Assembly: GCA_963774265.1 (NCBI GenBank)
Contig: CAVZDU010000003.1
Location: 32,001-96,000, forward strand
From: an uncultured Chloroflexia bacterium
GTDB taxonomy: Bacteria > Chloroflexota > Anaerolineae > CG2-30-64-16
DNA: 64,000 bases
Reading direction: 5' to 3'
A model generated the notes under the pieces. That model was not told the DNA's origin. It worked only from the letters and a program-made list of their open reading frames with translations, and ran no database searches. This document shows, piece by piece, positions 46,027-54,259 of this stretch (position 1 is its first letter; every line of letters starts with the position of its first letter). The position numbers and the translations under genes were made by a program.

Positions 46027-46797
46027 TCATAGCCTAGCAGAAGGACGCGGCCCGGCCGAGCTTATCCACACGCCAAAGCCAAATAACGAGGCCCCCAGCA
46101 CCAGCAAGAGCAGAGATTCTACCCAGACACTCTGTAGGGTGGTCCCGCCTGTGGTGGGCAAGGTGGCGGGTGCCTTCGGCACGTCGAGATGCGAGATCAA
46201 GGTCTGCTCGCTCGTGCCGCTGGCTGGATTGAAGACCATGCCGTCCACCGGGATGAAGGTAACGCTCTGGCTCGACGTATTCACAATCATGAGGTCGGCT
46301 GTCCCAGTGTAGGGCAGCAATTGTGAGTGTACGGTATCGCTGATCGGCCTGAAGTTCTCGAACGTGACCTTGACGCTGCCCTGGGAGATCGCCGATTCTA
46401 GTGTGTTAGTGGGCACTGACGTAACTGTGAGCTTGAGCGAGTCACTGTAGATCTGTTGAGCCAGGATGTGCCCTATGCCTGCGTCATCGTGGAAAATCCC
46501 ATCGACGGCTCGCCAGATGGCCAGTTGAGTCTGATAGGGATCCGATTCGGTCGCGCCTCGTGCGAGGGCGGCTTGCAGCGCCAGAAGCGCCGCGTCCGGC
46601 GGGCGGCTGACGGGGCCGGCAATGGCTGCGGGGAAGGGTTTGCCAAAATCAAGACACCACAGTCTTATGGGAATGCGTACCGTATCACCCGGTGCGACGG
46701 TGATGCTCAAGTCCTTGGCTGCTGCCGCGTTGGCAACTACGCCGAATCCGACCAGCGAGATCAAGACGATTACACACAGGATCAAGCCACGTTTCAC
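46027..46797 (-). CDS. Secreted protein with LPxTG sortase-type signal
   Basis: Signal peptide, WCLDFGKP, LPTTG followed by TM and basic tail. Confidence 0.65.
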   Translation of the reverse strand: MKRGLILCVIVLISLVGFGVVANAAAAKDLSITVAPGDTVRIPIRLWCLDFGKPFPAAIAGPVSRPPDAALLALQAALARGATESDPYQTQLAIWRAVDGIFHDDAGIGHILAQQIYSDSLKLTVTSVPTNTLESAISQGSVKVTFENFRPISDTVHSQLLPYTGTADLMIVNTSSQSVTFIPVDGMVFNPASGTSEQTLISHLDVPKAPATLPTTGGTTLQSVWVESLLLLVLGASLFGFGVWISSAGPRPSARL

Positions 46798-46843
46798 TTC
46801 CTCATCTCCTAACTTATGACTATGGATCGGCTTCAGATACGAC

Positions 46844-47332
46844 CTACTTTATTTTCGTATCGATTTGGCTCGATGTTGTGCGCACGCCGCGCCACGTGTC
46901 ACCCGTTACCAGCCCCACCAACTTGACTAGCACCCAGGCGATCAGGGCGTAGACGAGAATCGCCACCAGGGGACTCACATCGAACACGCCACCCCCAAAG
47001 CGCCCCGTCCCAAACAGCCCCACGAACGGAGCGAGAAACGGTTTCGTGATGCTATAGATGAACTGCGCAAAACCTGCGTCTGTGTTGGCGCCGAGCAAGG
47101 GCAAGATGAAACGGATGGCGAGCAACCCCTCCAGAATTCCGAACAACAGATAAATGCCATTTTGGACTCTGAGGGTTCCCTCGCGCCGCACAGCATACGG
47201 ATCGCTGGTAAAGGTCTCCGTCTGGTGCGCCGTCGTATGGGCAGGGTCACTCGTGCTTACATCCACAGTCCTAACGTCCGCACGGTTGGGATTCATGACC
47301 CCGGTATACTCTTCGCGTCGTTCGATTGTCAT
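46844..47332 (-). CDS. YggT family membrane protein, copy 2
   Basis: Near-identical to 40788-41276. Confidence 0.75.
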   Translation of the reverse strand: MTIERREEYTGVMNPNRADVRTVDVSTSDPAHTTAHQTETFTSDPYAVRREGTLRVQNGIYLLFGILEGLLAIRFILPLLGANTDAGFAQFIYSITKPFLAPFVGLFGTGRFGGGVFDVSPLVAILVYALIAWVLVKLVGLVTGDTWRGVRTTSSQIDTKIK

Positions 47333-47377
47333 AGTGTTGTGCTCTCCGATCAAGTAGATCTCAACTGCGCGTTCTGG

Positions 47378-47638
47378 CTATAATCTGCGACCGGAAACGG
47401 CCCGCAGGAGTGCGATCAGGATCACCGCGCCGATGAAGGCCACGAGGATGCTGGTGACGTTGATGCCGTTTACGGCATTCGGGATCTTCAGCAACGTTGC
47501 GGCCAGGAAGCCGCCGATCATGGCGCCCACCGCGCCCACGATGATGTCACCGATGAGGCCATAGCCGCCACCGCGCATCACCTGGTTGGCCAAGAAGCCA
47601 GCGATCAACCCAACGACGAGCCATGCAAGAAGACCCAT
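47378..47638 (-). CDS. GlsB/YeaQ/YmgE family protein, copy 3
   Basis: MGLLAWLVVGLIAGFLA...GYGLIGDIIVGAVGA. Confidence 0.92.
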   Translation of the reverse strand: MGLLAWLVVGLIAGFLANQVMRGGGYGLIGDIIVGAVGAMIGGFLAATLLKIPNAVNGINVTSILVAFIGAVILIALLRAVSGRRL

Positions 47639-47715
47639 TGTTCCACCCTTCCCTTTCCTGAGAGACGGCTCTTCCCGTCGACAACCTGGAAGATCGCTCT
47701 TCCTTCTCTATTCAA

Positions 47716-47814
47716 AGCATAGCAGAAGCGGGCGGCTCCGTCGTCAGCGTAAACGCTGGGTCTGACATAGCAAAAGGGCCGCTCAGAGAGCGGCCCTTGC
47801 ACCTTTTAATGCAT
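47716..47814 (-). promoter_or_regulatory. Conserved upstream element, copy F
   Basis: GTCGTCAGCGTAAACGCT box, perfect 11-bp hairpin, TATGCT. Confidence 0.8.
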
Positions 47815-48072
47815 GATGTTTGGTGTATCTACCGCTTCTTAGTCCGCCTTGCAGCGGTGGGGGTACGCAGAAAACGGTCCAAGCAGTGGATCACCAGTGC
47901 TGACCCGGCGTGATCTCACCCAACGGCACGGCCTGAACCACATGGGGCATCCCGTCAAGGTTCTTGCCCGCAGCTCACTCTCCCGGTCGGCAGAAGAGCG
48001 AGGGCCAGGGGGTAACAGAATTGCCGCGCCGAGAGTTGGGCGGCACTCGGTGGCTGCAACCCCCTTAGAGTG

Positions 48073-48261
48073 TTATAGGCCTTCCAAGAGGTTGCCCAAC
48101 GCCAGGAGTACGAAGCCCGCAACGACGAACCACAACGCGTATCCCGCCAGGGATGCGATGGGCGCCACTTCCGCGAGCACGCCGATAAGCGCGAGCAGGA
48201 CCGCGATCCAGAATGTAGCCACCTTGGGTGGATTGAGCCTAAGTGCCCCTCTTCTTGCCAT
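48073..48261 (-). CDS. Small two-TM hypothetical protein
   Basis: RLNPPKVATFWIAVLLALIG...FVLLALGNLLEGL; GGAGG SD. Confidence 0.65.
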   Translation of the reverse strand: MARRGALRLNPPKVATFWIAVLLALIGVLAEVAPIASLAGYALWFVVAGFVLLALGNLLEGL

Positions 48262-48355
48262 AATCTGCCTCCGTAAAGCAAATGATGAGATAATCACCCA
48301 TTCCGCTGTTTGCGCTAATTGCGAGCAGCGTGACGATCTAGCCTGTCAGCAACAC

Positions 48356-49731
48356 TCAGAATTGAGCGGCGGCCCAGCGCACCGCTTCAGCCATCGTCGG
48401 ATACGGCAGCATCGCTTCAGCGATCATCTTAACCGTCAGGCCGAAGCGCATCGCGTAAACTACGGGCGCAATCAGATCGCCCGCGTTCGCGCCGAGGATA
48501 TGCCCGCCGAGTATTTTGCCATCCGCATCCGCCAGGAGTTTTACGCTGCCGAAGGTCTGATTGTTGGCGATCGCGCGATCGAGTTTGTTGAAATATGCGC
48601 GCCCCACGCGGTACTCGATCTTTGCCTCTTGCAAGTCTGCCTCCGACAAGCCGACCCGGGCGAGTTCGGGATCGGTGAATGTCACCCAGGGGATGACGCG
48701 ATCGTCGAACGCTTGCGGCTTGCGGGCAAACACGTTGTGCGCGACCAGTTTGCCTTGATCGGACGCGACATGGGTGAATTGATATTGGCTGGTAATGTCG
48801 CCGGCGGCCCAGATGTGCGGCACGTTCGTGCGCAAGGTCGCGTCGGTCGGAATGCCTTCTTCGGTATATTGAACACCGGCCGCCTCAAGATTGAGCGCGT
48901 CCAATGCGGGTCGCCGCCCCACCGCCACCAATAGCTGATCGGTTACCAGGTCCTCGTCCTTGCCCTCTTGGCAGTGGACGTGGATGTGTTTGCCGTGCTC
49001 ATCGATTTCGCCGCAGCGCATCTCGGCGCCAAATTCCAGCCGGATGCCTTCAGCGGTAAGCTGCGAACATAGCGCCATCGCCAGCTCGTGATCTTCGCGC
49101 GGCAAGGGCTGCTTGCCACGCTCGAGCACCACCACCTGCACGCCGAAGCGGCTGAACATCTGCGCGAACTCCAGGCCAATTGGACCACCGCCAATCACCA
49201 CCAGGCGCTTCGGTAGTTCGGGCAACGACACGGCTTCCACGTTGGTGATGTAGCCAGCCTCTGACAGCCCCTCAATGTCCGGAATGAAGGGAACTGTGCC
49301 CGTCGCGATGACGAATCGCTTCGCCGCGCAATGTCTCGCCGTTCACGCGGATCTCGTGCGGTGAGCTGAACATCGCTTCGCCCATGAACAGGTCAATGCC
49401 TTGCGCCGCGATGCCCGCGCGGGCCTGTTCGGGCGTGCCGCCGCGAATGGTTTCCTGCACCTGCCGCACATGCGCCTGTACCGCCGCCCAATCGGCTTCG
49501 GCTTGTGGGATGCGCAAACCCAGCGCGGAGGCGTGCCGTGCATGGTAAAGCATGTGTGCTGTGTGCAAAAGTGTTTTGGTTGGATCGCAGCCATAATTAA
49601 GACAGGTGCCGCCAAGTTTGTCGCGCTCAATCAACGCGACACGCTTGCCCATACCTTGCCGCGGTGGTGGCCGCAGTGCTGCCCGCGCCGCCTGCGCCGA
49701 TCACAATCAAGTCATATTCTTTTTCGGCCAT
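48356..49731 (-). CDS. Pyridine nucleotide-disulfide oxidoreductase, dihydrolipoyl dehydrogenase family (frameshifts)
   Basis: YDLIVIGAG, GGTCLNYGCDPTK, GGGPIGLE, AAGD, YPTMAE; no MerA C-terminal CC. Confidence 0.85.
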
Positions 49732-49826
49732 CGATTCCTCCACTTGTAAGCGGCTACTGCGACGACGGTCATCGGCTTTGTGATCCAGGGGATTGCCAGC
49801 CTTCTGGCTGGTGCCGTGTTCTGTGA

Positions 49827-50501
49827 CTATCCTCCCAGCGTGACATCCTGCGACTCATACCAGCGCAACGCATTGAAGAAGTGCTCCGGCTTGAAATCCG
49901 GCCAGAGGTCATCGATGATGTAGAAATCCGCGTATACTGCCTGCACGGGCAACAGACCGCTCAGCCTTCTGCGGCCTCCCCACCTCACCACAAGGTCAAT
50001 TCTCGAGACTTCCGACGAACCGATGCACTCCATAAATGACCTTCGCATGCCGCCGGTAGTGCCGCTCAGATTTATCGCAGCCTTGCTGAGGTCCCAGTGC
50101 CAATCGTAGTTCACAAGGAAATTGACTTTTAGAATGCCTTTGCCGAGTACCTGCCGGGTCCGATAGGGCTTCAGCTCGGGAGGAAAGAGAGGCGAGTCGT
50201 CATTTCCCACTACCAGTAGCGAAGCGTCCAGCTTGGAAAGCCCCTCTACAGCATCCACGCACGCCTGTTGAAATGCTGCAGTCTGTTCGGGAGGCCGCTT
50301 TGTGTTGTCGCTTGTGAACCCGTAGACGGTCAACTCCTCGATTCCGAGAGCTCGGCAAATGTCATAGAGCTGGAACCCGGGCTCCAGACCGGCGGCGTAA
50401 CCCTCTTCCTTGCGCAATCCTCTGTTTTGTGCCCATCTGCGGTTGCCATCAGGTATGAACGCCACGTGCCTCGGAATGCGTCTGAATGTCGGCAAATCCA
50501 C
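49827..50501 (-). CDS. Undecaprenyl diphosphate synthase family protein
   Basis: PRHVAFIPDGNRRWA, RWGGRRRLSG, LWPDF. Confidence 0.88.
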   Translation of the reverse strand: MDLPTFRRIPRHVAFIPDGNRRWAQNRGLRKEEGYAAGLEPGFQLYDICRALGIEELTVYGFTSDNTKRPPEQTAAFQQACVDAVEGLSKLDASLLVVGNDDSPLFPPELKPYRTRQVLGKGILKVNFLVNYDWHWDLSKAAINLSGTTGGMRRSFMECIGSSEVSRIDLVVRWGGRRRLSGLLPVQAVYADFYIIDDLWPDFKPEHFFNALRWYESQDVTLGG

Positions 50502-50584
50502 GAGCGCTACCTCCCATTCTATACAGCCAACTTCGCTCCTCAAATCCCGAAACACACAAATCGTCCCGGCATCCAGTCGACTCT

Positions 50585-50977
50585 CTATTCCGTCGTTTTA
50601 CCGTCGAAGTGCTCGGTGTCCGCCTCCGCATCGGCGCGGGTATGGTGGACAACGCCGTCGCGATGATTCGGCGGCGCATAGATCGTATAGAGCTTCAGGG
50701 GAGCAGTGCCGGTATTGATGATGTTGTGATTCGTCCCAGCAGGGACGAGCACGGCAAAGCCCGCTTTGATCGCCGTGTGAACGCCATCGAGAACGGCCTC
50801 GCCAGTCCCTTCCTCCACGCGAAAGAACTGATCGAGCTTGTGCACTTCCGCCCCGATCTCCTCCTTGGGCTTCAATGCCATGACTACGAGCTGGCAGTTC
50901 TTGGCCGTGTAAAGCACCTGGCGGAAATCTTCATTCTTGACCGCGATGCCTTCAATGTTTTGTACAAAACCTTTCAT
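50585..50977 (-). CDS. Cupin domain protein
   Basis: EIGAEVH, VPAGTNHNIINTG, LYTIYAPPNH. Confidence 0.9.
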   Translation of the reverse strand: MKGFVQNIEGIAVKNEDFRQVLYTAKNCQLVVMALKPKEEIGAEVHKLDQFFRVEEGTGEAVLDGVHTAIKAGFAVLVPAGTNHNIINTGTAPLKLYTIYAPPNHRDGVVHHTRADAEADTEHFDGKTTE

Positions 50978-51193
50978 GGTGACTCCTCTTCAAGATCAGG
51001 GAGAAAGCGCCCTGCCCGATGAGCAAGGCGATGACGCCGTACACCCCCACCGGGGGTGTCGGCCGGGACATCGGCGATGGCACCGGGTATCCCGGCCAGT
51101 GGCGCGTGAGCGCGGACAAGGCTGCAGGTGTACCGACCTTCGGATTAGTGAAACAGTGAACTGCCGAATGCAGATTGCAACGGTTCGTTCTGA

Positions 51194-51454
51194 CTAACGC
51201 CTACGGCCGGATACCAACCGCAGGAGCGCGATCAGGATCACCGCGCCGACAAAGGCCACAAGGATGCTGGTGACGTTGATGCCGTTCACTGCATCCGGCA
51301 TGTTCAGCAGATTCGCGGCGAGGAAGCCGCCGATCAAGGCGCCCACCACGCCCACGATGATGTCACCGATGAGGCCATAGCCGCCACCGCGCATCACCTG
51401 GCTGGCCAAGAAGCCAGCGATCAACCCAACGACAAGCCATGCGAGAATACCCAT
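51194..51454 (-). CDS. GlsB/YeaQ/YmgE family protein, copy 4
   Basis: MGILAWLVVGLIAGFLASQVMRGGGYG. Confidence 0.92.
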   Translation of the reverse strand: MGILAWLVVGLIAGFLASQVMRGGGYGLIGDIIVGVVGALIGGFLAANLLNMPDAVNGINVTSILVAFVGAVILIALLRLVSGRRR

Positions 51455-51530
51455 TGTTCCACCCTTCCTTTTCCTGAGAGACGGCTATCTCCGTCAACAA
51501 CCTGGAGGAATCGCATTTCCGTCCACTGGT

Positions 51531-51625
51531 AGCATAACAGAAGGGGGCGGCCCTGTCGTCAGTGCAAACGCTTGGTCCAATATAGCAAAAGGACCGCCTT
51601 TTGGGCGATCCTTGATGTTTTTGAT
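51531..51625 (-). promoter_or_regulatory. Conserved upstream element, copy G
   Basis: Same layout; lies immediately downstream of the response regulator gene. Confidence 0.8.
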
Positions 51626-51675
51626 GTGTGCTGTTTGGTGTACAGCTTCCCCGAGGAGGTCGCAGTTTGTGGCTA

Positions 51676-52368
51676 CTACGCCTCCGCGCTCGCGGCATCC
51701 TCGCCCGTCAGCCCTTCCCGCACCGCATAGAGCGCGGCCTGGGTGCGGCTGGCGAGGTGCAGCTTGCCGAGGATGCGGCTCACATGTGTGCGCACGGTCG
51801 GCTCGCTGATCGCGATCCGGTCGGCAATTTCCCGATTACTCAGTCCCTGCGCAATCAGCCGCAGCACCGTCATCTCACGCTCAGTGAGCGCCTCAGGTGC
51901 GGGCTGTCGCTCGACCGGGCGCGCGATCTCCTGCAACAGCTTGCGGGCAACGGTCGGATGGAGCGATGGCTCGCCGCGATGCACCTGGCGGATGGCCCGC
52001 ACGAGCTCTTCAGGCGAGGAGTCCTTTAGCAGGTAACCCGAGGCCCCGGCTTTGATCGCGGGGAACACCTTGCTGTCCGCGGCAAAGCTGGTCAGCACGA
52101 GGATGCGTGACTTCGGCTGGCGGCCGGTGATCTGGCGCGTCGCTTCGATGCCGTCCATACCAGGCATCAGCAGGTCCATCAGGATGACGTCAGGGCGGGT
52201 CTCCTCCGCGCGCAGCAATGCTTCCTGCCCGTTACCGGCTTCCCCCACCACTTCGAAGCCACCGGCTTCAGAGAGCAGGGCGCGAATACCCTTGCGCACG
52301 ATGGCATGATCATCCACAATCAAAACACGAACACGCGTTTCTGAGGTTTGCCGGTTTTCATCTGTCAC
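51676..52368 (-). CDS. NarL/FixJ family response regulator
   Basis: IVDDHAIVR, PDVILMD, LTEREMTVLRLIAQGLSNREIA...TVRTHVSRILGKL. Confidence 0.93.
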   Translation of the reverse strand: MTDENRQTSETRVRVLIVDDHAIVRKGIRALLSEAGGFEVVGEAGNGQEALLRAEETRPDVILMDLLMPGMDGIEATRQITGRQPKSRILVLTSFAADSKVFPAIKAGASGYLLKDSSPEELVRAIRQVHRGEPSLHPTVARKLLQEIARPVERQPAPEALTEREMTVLRLIAQGLSNREIADRIAISEPTVRTHVSRILGKLHLASRTQAALYAVREGLTGEDAASAEA

Positions 52369-53607
52369 GGCGCCACCTCAACGGTCACCCGTGTGCCCTC
52401 GCCCAGCGCGCTTTCGTACGTCAGTTTCCCTCCGACGCGCGCGGCGCGTTCTGCGATAGTGCGCAAGCCGCCCCGTCTTTCGGTGGGCACAGCACCCGGG
52501 TCGAACCCCACGCCGTCATCCTGCACTTCCAGGAGGACAGTGGCGACGGTGAAGTGCAGATGCACGGTTACATGCCGGGCGGCCGCGTGTTTGCGCACGT
52601 TATTGAGCGCCTCCTGGGCAATCCAGAAGAGCTCACTTTCGATTGCGATGGGCAACCGTCGCTCCTCCTCGATGCGGAACTCAGTTTGCAGGCCGGCGCG
52701 GTTCTCGACGGCCGCCAGGCGCGCCTGCAACGCGGCCACCAGCCCTTCCCTCTCCAACACCGGCGGGTGCAACTGGAAGATGAGCAGCCGCATGTCGCGC
52801 ATGCCCTCCTGCGCGGTCTCCTGCAACTCCTGCAGATAGCCGGCCGTGACATCTTGCTTGCCGGCTGCCAGCGCCAACGCCGCGGCGTTGGCGTACAGGG
52901 TCACGCTGTACAGCGACTGTGTGACCGAATCATGCAGCTCACGGGCCAACCGTTGTCGTTCCCCCAGCACCGCCAATTGCTCTGCCTGCTGTTGGAGCCG
53001 GGCGTGCTCGATGGCCATGGCGGCCTGATTGGCGAAAACGGACATGACGGGGACGTCTTCCTCGGAGAAACCACCCGCCTTGTTCACGACATCCAGTACG
53101 CCGATGACACCACCGTTGACGTGCAGGGGCACCGCGAGCAGCGCGGTGAGATCCGAGGGCCACTGGTACACCTGGGCGCTGCTCGAAGAGGGCCGGGTCA
53201 TTCAGCACCACCGGCTCACCCTGGCGCACGACCTGACCCGCCAACGAGCCGTCCACAGGTATGGGTGTGACGGCCGCCAACGGTTTGCCCAAGCGGTGCT
53301 TGACCTCCAGCCAGGCCTGATCGGTCAGCAGCAGGACCGCGCTGCCGGTCGCGCCGATCAAGCCCTGGGCTTCGGTGCAGACGATGTCCAGCACTTGTTC
53401 CAGAACCGTCTTCTGGAGCAGGCTCACCAGAACGCGGTTGAAGCTCTCGCTCTCGGCCAGCCGCCTCTGCAGCTCGCCATACAGTTCGGTGTTCTGGCGT
53501 GCCAGCGCCGCGGTCGCTCGCTCCCGTTCGGCAATCTCGTCCTGCAGCGAATCCAGGATTTGCTGAAGCTGTGGGATGTCTATTGGATCAGGAATCTGGT
53601 AGGCCAT
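52365..53607 (-). CDS. Soluble GAF-domain HisKA_3 sensor kinase (frameshift)
   Basis: GAF (VPLHVNGGVIGVLDVVNK), ERQRLARELHDSVTQ, QEALNNVRKHA, DDGVGFD; no TM. Confidence 0.9.
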
Positions 53608-53776
53608 CGTGCCATCTCCTGCGCCATTATTATACACGATCCTGCCTATTCTACAATTCACGAACGCCACAGGCAACACGCAAGCACGGACCTGTCACAA
53701 GTGATTTGGGTAACCGAATATGGCTCCGGACTTTGGGGACAGAGGGAGAAGAGGTATGTTACGTGGTGTTCATTCC

Positions 53777-54259
53777 CTAAGATTCAGATGCGACCAGCCC
53801 CGCAGGTCCGATTTCTTGTGCGAGCGCGGCGACAAGTAGGTCCAGGCGGGCCGCGACCGGAGGCGTCAGTTCTGTGCCCCAACTCAGCGACTGGGGCTCC
53901 ATGCCCAAAAGCACGACGCGGGGGGGCAGCGTGCCCCGCAGGGCACTCACTGCCAGCAACTCCCGCAGGCCGACCTGATGCATTGACATCTTGAGAGCCA
54001 ACGCTGCCTGGATCTGGTCCCCTTCGAGGCGCATCAGGTCGCCCGGTGCACCGCCCACCTTCACCGCATCTGCGATGATGAGATCGGTCACACCTTCCAG
54101 CCGGTACAGCAGGTCGAGGCCCAGCGTACCGCCATCGAGCGCCTCAACCTCCGATCCGAGCCGGTAGGTTTCGGCAAGGCGCGCGACAGCGCGTACGCCC
54201 AGACCCTCGTCACTCAGCAGGATGTTGCCCAGGCCAAGAACGAGGATGCGTTGGGTCAT
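53777..54259 (-). CDS. Hydrogenase maturation protease (HyaD/HybD family)
   Basis: LGLGNILLSDEGLGV, DGGTLG, SMHQVG. Confidence 0.92.
   Translation of the reverse strand: MTQRILVLGLGNILLSDEGLGVRAVARLAETYRLGSEVEALDGGTLGLDLLYRLEGVTDLIIADAVKVGGAPGDLMRLEGDQIQAALALKMSMHQVGLRELLAVSALRGTLPPRVVLLGMEPQSLSWGTELTPPVAARLDLLVAALAQEIGPAGLVASES

Larger units (their letters stand above)
46844..47873. repeat. ~1-kb dispersed direct repeat, copy 2
   Basis: Colinear with 40788-41819. Confidence 0.9.

Noticed and set aside
48356-49731. Mercuric reductase MerA
   Set aside because: No C-terminal Cys pair, no NmerA domain and no mer genes nearby
10818-51625. Repeated element as a c-di-GMP riboswitch, IS end or attC site
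   Set aside because: I cannot match a known riboswitch core, terminal inverted repeats with target duplication, or an integrase/transposase; an Rfam search is still advisable
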